Source: Patescibacteria group bacterium (GTDB lineage: Bacteria; Patescibacteriota; Microgenomatia; Levybacterales; UBA12049). Taken from it: a stretch of 60,505 bases of DNA. Positions 19,661-28,488 of the stretch are shown here, one piece after another. Each line of letters starts with the position of its first letter. The first letter of the stretch is position 1. The translations under genes were made by a program, and so were the position numbers. The stretch is from positions 1 through 60,505 of the forward strand of contig DATICB010000017.1 of the NCBI GenBank assembly GCA_035457005.1, in the 5' to 3' direction. The notes beneath the pieces were generated by a model, which was not told the DNA's origin, made no database searches, and worked only from the letters and a program-made list of their open reading frames with translations.

Positions 19661-19750
19661 GGCTTTGTCCTTCGGACACCAGGAAAGTCTGCCGCTAAAG
19701 AATTCGCCACCGCGAATACTATTTAATATGCGCTTTGTGCGAGCGGTAGC
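19661..19750 (+). ncRNA. structured ~90-nt RNA element, copy 1
   Basis: It is alignable to 36173-36260. The stem ATTCGC/GCGAAT here corresponds to ATTTGC/GCAAAT in copy 2, a compensatory change. The GGCUUU stem and GUCC-UUC-GGAC hairpin are preserved with G:U-compatible changes on the + strand only. Confidence 0.5.
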
Positions 19751-19754
19751 TCTC

Positions 19755-19776
19755 GGCCGGGACTTGAACACAAAAC
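19755..19776 (+). repeat. 22-nt perfect duplicate of the 5S 3' end and processing stem
   Basis: ggccgggacttgaacacaaaac occurs at 19593-19614 and 19755-19776. The similarity continues degenerately for about 65 nt. Confidence 0.9.
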
Positions 19777-19920
19777 AAATTTTTATCGTCCAAAAGTGAA
19801 GAATTTTTTGTTGAGAATTTGACACGTACCATTATTAGTTGTACGGTAAAGGTGGTATGGTATTTCCATTTGGAATTCCGACCGCACCTTCTGGACTTTC
19901 TGGCCCCGGGTTTTTCTTTG

Positions 19921-19942
19921 CCTGTCGACAGACAGGTTTTTT
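19921..19942 (+). terminator. orphan rho-independent terminator
   Basis: cctgtc-gaca-gacagg followed by tttttt. No CDS lies upstream of it. Confidence 0.6.
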
Positions 19943-20171
19943 CAAAAAATATCTTCCTAGTTCTACTTTTCAGAAAGGAGGACTGCCCATGTCTGGACCT
20001 TAAAAACCAATTGCTACAATTCTTAAGATGCTTTCTTTCATCTTCTTGAAAGAAACCTGTTTTGCAAGCAGCTCCGTTTGTAAAACAATTTGTAGGCGTA
20101 TTTAGAAAATAAAACGTCATAACTTTCTTTTTACTTTTTGAGTATATTTCTTGTTTGTCTTTATTCTTCAA

Positions 20172-20200
20172 TTGCCAAGAGGACGTTTTCCTGGTATACT
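20172..20200 (+). promoter_or_regulatory. sigma70-like promoter of rpsA (TTGCCA-17-TATACT)
   Basis: TTGCCA 20172-20177 and TATACT 20195-20200. Confidence 0.5.
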
Positions 20201-20235
20201 GTATCTATCCAATACGAAAGGGACTATGACAACAC

Positions 20236-21339
20236 ATGACAGCTACATCATCTAAACCAGCACTCTCCATGGCCGAACTCATGGCCAAAATGGGTTCAAA
20301 AATTCAACCATTGAAAAAAGGAGAGAAAGTTGAAGGAACAATTATCAAGCTTTCCAATCAGGACATTATGCTTCACTCAGATAAGGGTGTTGACATGATT
20401 GTTTTGGAAAAAGAGAAGCGACTCCATAAGCAGCTTATGAATTTCTTGACTGTTGGAGAAAAAGTGACTGCAGTTGTCTTGTATCCAGAATCAGATAATG
20501 GCTATCCTGCAGTAACACTTCGGGAGTTTATGGCAGAAAAATTGTGGCAAGAAGAAGAACGTTTACAAAAAACAGGCCAGAAAATGTCGGTGACAGTTGT
20601 TGAGACAACAAAAGGCGGCTTAGTTGTGGAATCAGAAACAGGACTGGTTGGCTTTTTGCCAAATTCTCACATGGCGCAAAATCAAAAAGCAGAAGATATG
20701 GTAGGGTCAAAGATTCAGGTCTCTATTGCAGAACTGAATAGAGAGAGTAAGAAAATTGTTTTTTCTCAAAAAACAGCACTTTCTCAAGATGACTTTAAGA
20801 AATTGGCCAATGAATATAAATCAGGGACAAAAGTACATGGGACAGTAAGTGGTATTACGCAGTTTGGCATTTTTGTCAGTCTTCCATTTGTCAGCGCAAC
20901 TGGTGAATCAATGACTGTCGATGGACTAGTCCATATTTCAGAAATTGCATGGGAAAAAGTAGCAGATTTGCATGATTTATTCCATTCCGGACAAGAAGTA
21001 GAAGCAGTCGTGATTGGCAGTGATCCACGTTCCAAAAGAATCGACTTATCAATAAAAAGGCTTACCAAAGACCCATTCCAGGCTGTTTTGGATGCTTTTC
21101 CAGCAGACAAAAAAGTGACAGGACTTGCCAAAGAAATGACAAACGATGGCTTGGTCGTTGATTTGGGCGAAGTGGATGGAACAATGGTTGAAGGACTGAT
21201 GAAAAAAGATAAAATCCCGCCAACAACAACCTATGAAATGGGTCAAAAAGTGCAAGCAACTGTTGTTGCAATAGATTCACGAAAAAGAAAAGTTATGTTA
21301 ACTCCTGTACTTTTGGAAAAGCCTCTGATGTACCGTTAA
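20236..21339 (+). CDS. rpsA: 30S ribosomal protein S1 (four S1 domains)
   Basis: Repeated S1-domain signatures, for example GTKVHGTVSGITQFGIFVSL and GQEVEAVVIGSD. Confidence 0.9.
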   Translation: MTATSSKPALSMAELMAKMGSKIQPLKKGEKVEGTIIKLSNQDIMLHSDKGVDMIVLEKEKRLHKQLMNFLTVGEKVTAVVLYPESDNGYPAVTLREFMAEKLWQEEERLQKTGQKMSVTVVETTKGGLVVESETGLVGFLPNSHMAQNQKAEDMVGSKIQVSIAELNRESKKIVFSQKTALSQDDFKKLANEYKSGTKVHGTVSGITQFGIFVSLPFVSATGESMTVDGLVHISEIAWEKVADLHDLFHSGQEVEAVVIGSDPRSKRIDLSIKRLTKDPFQAVLDAFPADKKVTGLAKEMTNDGLVVDLGEVDGTMVEGLMKKDKIPPTTTYEMGQKVQATVVAIDSRKRKVMLTPVLLEKPLMYR

Positions 21340-21360
21340 TAACGGTCTATAGTGTGTCGG

Positions 21361-21669
21361 CTACCATCTTCCTCGTCTTACGCGTGGTAATCCATAGGCA
21401 ATCGATCGAAGAAAGAATCGATCTCGTCTTATGGCAAAACTGCCCCAGACGCTTGATCTATCTAAGGCAGCTAACCCGCCAAGCTCGCCGCCAAGGATGT
21501 GCATAGGTTCAGAAAATGATGCAAGCTCAAAATTTGCATGGTGTGTTAGGTCTCCAAGGAATCCAAAGACAAGTAGTCCCGCAATCGGATAGGTGACCAT
21601 AGTAATTTTTGTATCCCACGCTCCCAACCAGGCATCTTTAGCCCACCGAACAGGACTTCTGAATTCCAT
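21361..21669 (-). CDS. doubtful ORF (102 aa); possibly non-coding
   Basis: Atypical composition: 2 Lys, 11 Arg and 5 Trp. No Shine-Dalgarno. The local GC looks higher than in the flanks. Confidence 0.25.
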   Translation of the reverse strand: MEFRSPVRWAKDAWLGAWDTKITMVTYPIAGLLVFGFLGDLTHHANFELASFSEPMHILGGELGGLAALDRSSVWGSFAIRRDRFFLRSIAYGLPRVRRGRW

Positions 21670-21790
21670 AGGTAGCTATAATAACGCACTTGAAGCAGAA
21701 AATCAATATTATAAGATGTCTTTCTTTTTGCAATAGCTTGATGAGATTCTAGTGTTTCTGCGCAGGTCGTAGTATACTTGGGATAGTTTT

Positions 21791-23248
21791 ATGCCTAAAT
21801 CCGTTGTCTCTTTTGTCTGTCAGGAATGTGGATATGATTCTCCTGCGTATTTAGGAAAGTGTCCTGAATGTGGAAATTGGAACACCTTTAAAGAGTTTAG
21901 GCAATCCTCAAATCCTAAATCCCAAACAACAGCAAGTTATCATTCGACAGAAAATATAACAGCCCAGCCGCTGAGCGAGATTGTTTTATCGCCAAAAGAA
22001 AGGCTTTTTACAGGCTTTTCGGAAATGGATACAGTATTGGGTGGGGGAATTGTCAAAGGGTCCGCAACACTTTTAGCAGGAGATCCGGGAATTGGCAAAA
22101 GTACTGTTTTGTTGCAGCTGTGTTTAAACCTGGCAAAAGAAAAAGAAACAAAAGCTGTTTTGTATATTTCTGCAGAAGAATCAAAAGAGCAGGTGGCAAT
22201 GCGGGCGACTCGTCTTTTAGATGGCAATCCTCAAATCCCAAATTCCAAATCCCAAATAAGTTCAAAAAATCAAATAGCAAACACAAAGTTACCAGAAAAT
22301 CTTTTGCTTTTATCTATCACAAATGTTGATAAGATTGTTGAGATTATCGAGCAAACAAAACCTGATTTTGTCGTCGTGGATTCTGTCCAGACAGTAGAAA
22401 GTGAAGAGGCTGGGGGAATGAGTGGGTCTGTATCACAAATTCGCTACGCTACCTCTCGCTTTATTCGGTCTGCAAAGCAGACTGGTATTCCTGTTTTTTT
22501 GGTTGGTCACGTTACAAAAGAAGGCATGGTGGCAGGGCCAATGGTTTTATCGCATATGGTTGATACGGTGCTTTTCTTGGAAGGAGAAAAATATACCAAG
22601 ACAAGAATTTTACGCTCCTTTAAAAATAGATTTGGTCCAGTAGACGAGGTTGGTATTTTTCTCATGGATGAAAACGGCATGACTGAAGTAAAAAATCCTG
22701 AACAAATATTTCTATCGGATGGTCAGCAAAGCGCTCCAGGATCTGTTTTGACTGTTATTTTAGAGGGAAGTAGGCCATTTCTTATAGAAATTCAGGCACT
22801 TGTTGTCTATTCTAAATTTCCTATGCCCAGGAGAGTAAGTCTGGGATTGGACAATAAGCGAGTCGAGCTCTTGTTGGCTGTGCTGCAAAAACACGCAAAA
22901 TTGCCTTTAGAAAATTACGATGTTTTCGTCAACGTAGCAGGAGGAATAAAAGTAAGTGATCGAGCAGTGGATTTGGGTGTATGTTTGGCGATATATTCAT
23001 CGCTGAAAAATAAACCGCTTACCAAAACAGTTGGTATTGCAGAGGTTGGGCTTTTGGGGGAGTTACGCAAAGTACCTGATCTGACAAAAAGAGTGAAAGA
23101 GGCTCGGAAATTGGGGTTTACCAAAGTGATTAGCGCAGAAGGACAAGCAACACTTATGGATACACTGGAAAATTTTGGCTATACTCCAGGAAGTAAGCAA
23201 TGGAAACAGGCGGACGAGAGACATTTTACGATTCCAAATGAAGAGTAG
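21791..23248 (+). CDS. radA: DNA repair protein RadA/Sms
   Basis: N-terminal zinc finger CQECGYDSPAYLGKCPECGNW, Walker A GDPGIGKST, and a Lon-like C-terminal domain. Confidence 0.95.
   Translation: MPKSVVSFVCQECGYDSPAYLGKCPECGNWNTFKEFRQSSNPKSQTTASYHSTENITAQPLSEIVLSPKERLFTGFSEMDTVLGGGIVKGSATLLAGDPGIGKSTVLLQLCLNLAKEKETKAVLYISAEESKEQVAMRATRLLDGNPQIPNSKSQISSKNQIANTKLPENLLLLSITNVDKIVEIIEQTKPDFVVVDSVQTVESEEAGGMSGSVSQIRYATSRFIRSAKQTGIPVFLVGHVTKEGMVAGPMVLSHMVDTVLFLEGEKYTKTRILRSFKNRFGPVDEVGIFLMDENGMTEVKNPEQIFLSDGQQSAPGSVLTVILEGSRPFLIEIQALVVYSKFPMPRRVSLGLDNKRVELLLAVLQKHAKLPLENYDVFVNVAGGIKVSDRAVDLGVCLAIYSSLKNKPLTKTVGIAEVGLLGELRKVPDLTKRVKEARKLGFTKVISAEGQATLMDTLENFGYTPGSKQWKQADERHFTIPNEE
21903..21930 (+). 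repeat. AAATCCC-family heptamer array in radA (N-terminal linker)
   Basis: The sequence is aatcctc aaatcct aaatccc aaacaac, encoding SSNPKSQT. Confidence 0.75.
22233..22260 (+). repeat. AAATCCC-family heptamer array in radA (after the ATPase core)
   Basis: The units are aaatccc aaattcc aaatccc aaataag, encoding QIPNSKSQIS. Confidence 0.85.
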
Positions 23249-23291
23249 TAGTTTGGCAAATGATCAATAACTCACTGTTTAATTTACCTGT

Positions 23292-24074
23292 ATGGATACA
23301 AAAAAAATAACCAAACCAGAGATAGTTCAGACAGCTGCTGTTAAGCCGCCAGTTGTTTCTTCGCACTTTGTGGGTAATTTGGCAGATGAGATTGCCAAAA
23401 CATTGGCTGCAAAATTCCCACGAGGGTGGCAGAAAAGCACGGTAAAAAAGAAAAAACCAAAAAATAAAAAAGAAGCAGAAAAAGCTGTTTTTTTGGACAC
23501 ATCGGCAATTATTGATGGACGAATTTTTGATGTTATTGACACCGGCATCTTGAATGGGTTTGTGATTGTTCCAGAATTTATTCTTCTTGAGTTAAAGCAT
23601 ATTGCGGATTCGCAGGACATGGTAAAACGTGAAAGAGGACAACGAGGTTTGGAAAGACTAGAAAAAGTGAAAAGAAGTAGGTACATAAAACTTCTTATTT
23701 TGCCAGGAAACGAAAAAACAGACAAGCAAAAAGAGGTAGATGAAAAGCTTTTGACCATGACAAAAATGTACAAAGGCAGGCTCATTACGTGTGATTTTAA
23801 TTTAGAAAAGAAAGCGAGTGTTTCTGGGGTAACAGCAATTAATGTGCATCATTTGGCAAATAAATTAAAAGTGATTGCCGTGCCTGGCGAGAGCCTGCAT
23901 GTCAAGATTCAACACATTGGTAAAGATCCAACGCAAGGAGTAGGATATTTGGACGATGGAACGATGATTGTTGTGGAGCAGGGAAGTGGGTACTTGGACC
24001 ATTTTCTGAATGTTGTCGTAAGTCGTGTTATCCAAACCTCTTCTGGCCGCATGCTTTTTGCCAAAAAAATATAA
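23292..24074 (+). CDS. PIN + TRAM domain protein (YacL-like)
   Basis: PIN signature VFLDTSAIIDGRI, with a C-terminal TRAM-like beta domain (HVKIQHIGKDPTQGVGYLDDGTMIVV). It is adjacent to radA, as in many bacteria. Confidence 0.85.
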   Translation: MDTKKITKPEIVQTAAVKPPVVSSHFVGNLADEIAKTLAAKFPRGWQKSTVKKKKPKNKKEAEKAVFLDTSAIIDGRIFDVIDTGILNGFVIVPEFILLELKHIADSQDMVKRERGQRGLERLEKVKRSRYIKLLILPGNEKTDKQKEVDEKLLTMTKMYKGRLITCDFNLEKKASVSGVTAINVHHLANKLKVIAVPGESLHVKIQHIGKDPTQGVGYLDDGTMIVVEQGSGYLDHFLNVVVSRVIQTSSGRMLFAKKI

Positions 24075-24113
24075 TTTGCATTTGGAAAAAGTTCTTTCTA
24101 TAGTTAGGATAGA

Positions 24114-26504
24114 GTGAAAAAAAATCTTTTGCTTTATCTCAAGGACTTTACCTTCAGATATCTTGCTCTGCTTATTATTGTCTTTTTTGCCTATACCTTT
24201 GCAGGGAAATTAGGGCTCAGTCTTGCATTTATCAATGCGAGCTCAACTGCTATTTGGCCGCCGACAGGTATTGCAATTGCTGTGCTTATTCTCTTTGGAA
24301 GAAAAGTGTGGCCATCAATTTTCTTGGGAGCATTTCTTGTTAATGTCACAACACAAGGCAATATAGCTACGTCGATCGGTATTGCTCTTGGAAATACATT
24401 AGAGGCGCTGGTCGCTGCATATCTGGTTAATCGCTTTGCTCATGGAAAGAACGCGTTTGATCACGCAGTCGATGTGTCAAAATTTACAGGCAGCGTACTC
24501 TTTGCAGCAATGGTGAGCGCAACTATTGGTGTAACAACGCTTATTTTTGGAGGATATGCTTCTTTATCGAATTTTTGGCAAGTGTGGTTTACATGGATTT
24601 TTGGTGACGTTGGGGGAGCGCTGATTATTGCTCCGTTTATTATTATTTTTGGTATTCACAAGATGCGTATTCACCTGCAGCTAAATCTTGTGAAGATTGC
24701 AGAACTTTTCTTATTCTTTTTTCTTGTCATTCTAACGTCACAGTCTATCTTTTCTGGGAATTTCCCCTTTGACTATTTTGTCTATCCGATTCTTGTCTGG
24801 GGAGCATTCCGTTTTGGAAGGCGCGAAATAACAACTGGCGTACTTCTTATCGCACTCATTGCGGTGTGGTATACCGTTCATGGAACAGGCCCGTTTTTTT
24901 TACCCCATGATGTTAATAGATCACTGCTTCGTGTGGCATTCTATGTTTCAGTGACATCTTTTTCTCTGTTGGCAATTTGCGCAGCACTTCTTGAACGCAA
25001 ACAAGCAAGAAAAGGTCTTGAAGTGAGCGAGAAAAGATTCCGTTCGCTTATAGAAAAAAGCTTTGACGCATTCGTTCTCATTGATGCAGCATCACGTATT
25101 TCTTATGCAAGTCCATCGGTAAAGCAACTTCTGGGATATGCACCTGAAGAACTAGTGGGCACAGTAGGGTTTAATTTAGTGGCTCAGGAAGACAGGAACT
25201 TTACGATGAAAGAGTTGGCAAAGCTTGTTCTCAAGCCAGGCGGTGTCATAACAATTGAGTACCGAACTATAACAAAAGACAAAAAAGTCATTTGGGTTGA
25301 GGCTGTTGGAACGAATCTTTTGCTTGATCCGACAGTTGCCGCGGTCGTTGTTAATTTTAGAGACATTACCGAGAAAAAACTTTCCCGGGAAAGAATAGAA
25401 AAAGAAAAAGTCGAAGACGAGGCGCTGTTGAAATCTATTGGGGAGGGGATGATAGCAACAGATGATACAGGGAAAATTACGCTCGTTAATGATGCAGCGT
25501 GCGAAATGCTTCATATGAAAAAATCCGATTTGATTGGAAAAAATATTGCCGAAACAGTGCCTATGCAAGACGGGGAGGGAAGAACGCTTCCGCCTGAAGA
25601 GCGTCCCATGGCAAAAGTTTTGGAAGTTGGAAAGACTATTGTTACCTCTCCTCATAATTATTACATGAGGCCTGATAAGAGCAAATTCCCCGTGCGGTTT
25701 ACTCTAACGCCAATTAAACTAAACAACAAGATTGTTGGAACAATTGAAATTTTCCGTGATATTACAAAAGAAATAGAGGTGGATAAAGCAAAATCAGAAT
25801 TTGTCTCTCTTGCATCGCATCAGCTCAGGACGCCACTAACAACGATTAATTGGCACATAGAGCGTCTCATGGCTAATGAGCTTGGCAAGATGCCAGCCAA
25901 ACAGAAGGAATATGTACAGGTTATTTATCACGCAAGCCTGCGCATGGTAGCACTTATTAATGCGCTCCTAAATGCCTCACGCTTGGAGTTGGGGACATTT
26001 ATTGCAGAGCCTACCGCTGTTTCGTATGAAAGCGTGATTGACGCGGTTGTTGCAGATTTTAAATCTGATGTACAGAGGCGAAAAATAAAGCTGGTAAAGA
26101 AAATACCAGCTCATTTGGCAAAATTTTCTGCTGATCCCAGGCTCCTCACCATTATTGTACAAAACCTTCTTTCCAATGCAATTAAGTACAGTAAAGATAA
26201 TACAGAAATAGTGATTCATGTATCTTCGGATGAAAAAGGTTTTGTTCTGGAAATTATGGATCATGGTGTTGGTATTCCGAAAGATGCACAAAAGCATATT
26301 TTTAGCAAAATGTTTCGTGCGGACAATGCAAAAGAAATAGACAGGGATGGGACAGGACTTGGTTTGTATATTGTCAAATCAATTGCAGATGCAACAGGTG
26401 GCAGCATTTCCTTTGCATCGGTTGAGAAGAAAGGAACAACATTTACCTTGCGATACCCAAAAACAGGTATGCAGAGAAAGGCTGGAACAAAAGAGCTGCG
26501 TTAA
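24114..26504 (+). CDS. sensor histidine kinase (MASE1-like membrane domain, two PAS domains, HisKA, HATPase)
   Basis: About 290 aa of polytopic N-terminus, PAS-like segments, the H-box SHQLRTPLTTI, the N-box LLSNAIKYS and the G-box GTGLGLYIVKSI. GTG start. Confidence 0.9.
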   Translation: MKKNLLLYLKDFTFRYLALLIIVFFAYTFAGKLGLSLAFINASSTAIWPPTGIAIAVLILFGRKVWPSIFLGAFLVNVTTQGNIATSIGIALGNTLEALVAAYLVNRFAHGKNAFDHAVDVSKFTGSVLFAAMVSATIGVTTLIFGGYASLSNFWQVWFTWIFGDVGGALIIAPFIIIFGIHKMRIHLQLNLVKIAELFLFFFLVILTSQSIFSGNFPFDYFVYPILVWGAFRFGRREITTGVLLIALIAVWYTVHGTGPFFLPHDVNRSLLRVAFYVSVTSFSLLAICAALLERKQARKGLEVSEKRFRSLIEKSFDAFVLIDAASRISYASPSVKQLLGYAPEELVGTVGFNLVAQEDRNFTMKELAKLVLKPGGVITIEYRTITKDKKVIWVEAVGTNLLLDPTVAAVVVNFRDITEKKLSRERIEKEKVEDEALLKSIGEGMIATDDTGKITLVNDAACEMLHMKKSDLIGKNIAETVPMQDGEGRTLPPEERPMAKVLEVGKTIVTSPHNYYMRPDKSKFPVRFTLTPIKLNNKIVGTIEIFRDITKEIEVDKAKSEFVSLASHQLRTPLTTINWHIERLMANELGKMPAKQKEYVQVIYHASLRMVALINALLNASRLELGTFIAEPTAVSYESVIDAVVADFKSDVQRRKIKLVKKIPAHLAKFSADPRLLTIIVQNLLSNAIKYSKDNTEIVIHVSSDEKGFVLEIMDHGVGIPKDAQKHIFSKMFRADNAKEIDRDGTGLGLYIVKSIADATGGSISFASVEKKGTTFTLRYPKTGMQRKAGTKELR

Positions 26505-26546
26505 GGGAATCTTGCATTTTCTGTCAAGAAAGTAAATACTACATAT

Positions 26547-26942
26547 ATGGCTGAAGAAAAAAAGATTGTTTTAGTTGTTGAAGATGAGGTGCCGATGCTC
26601 CAGGTCTTACGAGACAAGCTCAGAGAGTCAGGATTTGCCACATTTCAGGCTCGGGATGGGGAAGAGGGACTGTCTTTGGCTCTTGCCCACCATCCAGATG
26701 TCATTCTTTTGGATCTTCTTATGCCAAAAATGGATGGTATGACTATGATGAGTAAACTCAGGCAAGATGTGTGGGGGAAGAAGGTTCCGGTAATTATCCT
26801 AACCAATGTCAGCGCAGACACAGATGCAACGATAAAAGCAATTATTGCATATCAGCCTGCATATTACCTGGTAAAATCAGATGTTAAGCTCGATGGGATT
26901 GTTGAGAAAATACAAAGTGTCTTAAGTAAAAAAGACAAATAA
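26547..26942 (+). CDS. stand-alone response-regulator receiver (CheY-like)
   Basis: Motifs VLVVEDE, DVILLDLLMPKMDG and a conserved K in YLVKS. No output domain. Confidence 0.9.
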   Translation: MAEEKKIVLVVEDEVPMLQVLRDKLRESGFATFQARDGEEGLSLALAHHPDVILLDLLMPKMDGMTMMSKLRQDVWGKKVPVIILTNVSADTDATIKAIIAYQPAYYLVKSDVKLDGIVEKIQSVLSKKDK

Positions 26943-26995
26943 AAACTACTAGATAATTTCCGTTTCAGTGCTGGTTCTGGAAAAAACTAAAGATC

Positions 26996-27406
26996 TTATA
27001 CAGGCAAGAAGAATGTCTTAATGCCAAAAAGCTGATGTAGTTGGGAAAAAGTGCAGACTTCATGGATCCCGCGTTTTTCGGCCATAGTCAGCATAAGGGA
27101 TTCTTGAAACGACATATCAGATGTTCCAACAACCACTTTCATTGCTGTATTAATTTCTACAATTTCTGGTGACAAAACAGCAATATTACTAAATGTTAAT
27201 GCCTTGATAAAATCTTTTGCAACAGCAAAATTGATTACTTCAGATATTTTTTGATATGTTGCTGATACTATTGATATATTTGTAAATAAGAAACAATGTT
27301 CTTGCGCAAAATAACGGAAAAATGCTCCTGCATGTAAGTGTTTGGCATGAGCTCTATCAATAAATGCCAGCAATGCATCTTCTGCTAAAAAAACTTTTGT
27401 TTGCAT
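26996..27406 (-). CDS. PIN-like putative toxin
   Basis: 136 aa, placed 3 nt downstream of an HTH gene. Acidic residues sit in PIN-like positions (FLAEDALLAFID, TSDMSFQE). The last catalytic Asp was not found. Confidence 0.45.
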   Translation of the reverse strand: MQTKVFLAEDALLAFIDRAHAKHLHAGAFFRYFAQEHCFLFTNISIVSATYQKISEVINFAVAKDFIKALTFSNIAVLSPEIVEINTAMKVVVGTSDMSFQESLMLTMAEKRGIHEVCTFSQLHQLFGIKTFFLPV

Positions 27407-27409
27407 AGG

Positions 27410-27688
27410 TTATGTCAGTGACGCACCTCGACCAGAAAGTTTAAGAAACGGATCTTCATAGCCAAATGGTTTTTCGACTTTGCCTTTTTTTGCTTTTATA
27501 ATAATTGCTTGTTGTGGTGTTGCGGTAAACAAATCTTTATGAAAAGATGACAAGTCTTGTTCTTTAATTCGTACATTGCCGCCAACCTTAACTGCCTTAA
27601 GCCGTCCATCTTTGATATAACGACGAATCGTAAGCTGATGAACCTTTAAAATAAATGCAACTTGCCGTACAGACAATAAAGAATCCAT
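27410..27688 (-). CDS. excisionase/MerR-type helix-turn-helix protein, putative antitoxin
   Basis: LSVRQVAFILKVHQLTIRRYIKDGRLKAVKVGGNVRIKEQDL matches the Xis-type HTH pattern. Confidence 0.7.
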   Translation of the reverse strand: MDSLLSVRQVAFILKVHQLTIRRYIKDGRLKAVKVGGNVRIKEQDLSSFHKDLFTATPQQAIIIKAKKGKVEKPFGYEDPFLKLSGRGASLT

Positions 27689-28329
27689 AGATTAAGTATA
27701 AAAAGAGTTTTTGCCAATTACAATATGCAATTTATAACAATTGTATGCAATTATGCACACAATTTTGATTTCGTTGACATTGAAAAGGCGTTTTCACATA
27801 CTGGTATCATACTTATGAAGAAGACAAACAGATTATCTGCACGGATTGCTCGAAAGAAAACACAAAGAAAAGTATATATTACTACTCAACCGTCGGCACT
27901 TCGCCAGCTGGTTGAATTTTTCTTCTTTATCCCATAAACCGAGATAAAAAGGCAGGTGTTTTGGTCCTCGGGGGTTTGGCTGCAATGAGTGCCAAGGTCT
28001 TACTGTAAAGAAAAAACCAAAAAGAGATGGAGGACCCTGCCCAAGTCTTCCACCTCTTTCTGTCGATAAGATATAATTTCGTTCAAAAATCGCAGATGAT
28101 TTTTATTGTCTTATCAACTTAAACTCAAAAAAACGGCCTCGTCAATTTTCTTGACAGCATGCAATGCATTTGTTACAAACTTTTTGCATGTAGTTTTTTC
28201 CTGCCTAAAGGACTATTTGCATTTTCAAGAGCATTGCTTTTCGTACCGAATTCATATTCACTGAGTAACGAAAGCGATGCTCTTTTTTGTGTTAAAGACC
28301 TCGTCAGCTTGCGGCCAACGTTTCTTTAT

Positions 28330-28488
28330 TTACAACAATACCACTGGCACTGCTAAACCCTTTTTTAAAAGCTTTTCAAACTGTGTACGACCTTGTTTTA
28401 TGAGTGCTGCTTGCTTGTAGTCATCAAGAGAAGAAAGAACCTTTGTAGGCTTATGTAGCGTGTTGAATAAGGCAGTGATGATTTTCAT
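28330..28488 (-). CDS. 52-aa Lys-rich small ORF, not in the ORF track
   Basis: Translation is MKIITALFNTLHKPTKVLSSLDDYKQAALIKQGRTQFEKLLKKGLAVPVVLL. Composition looks native. No clear RBS. Confidence 0.3.
   Translation of the reverse strand: MKIITALFNTLHKPTKVLSSLDDYKQAALIKQGRTQFEKLLKKGLAVPVVLL

Noticed and set aside
19460-20171. Overlapping ORFs 19460-19825 (-), 19719-20171 (-) and 19819-20049 (+).
   Set aside because: They run across the 5S rRNA, its terminator, the structured repeat element and an orphan terminator. They overlap one another and have no RBS.
27941-28031. A long imperfect hairpin tested as SRP (4.5S) RNA.
   Set aside because: The conserved domain IV signature (the AGG..GGAA..AGCAGCC type symmetric and asymmetric loops with a GNRA tetraloop) is absent on both strands.
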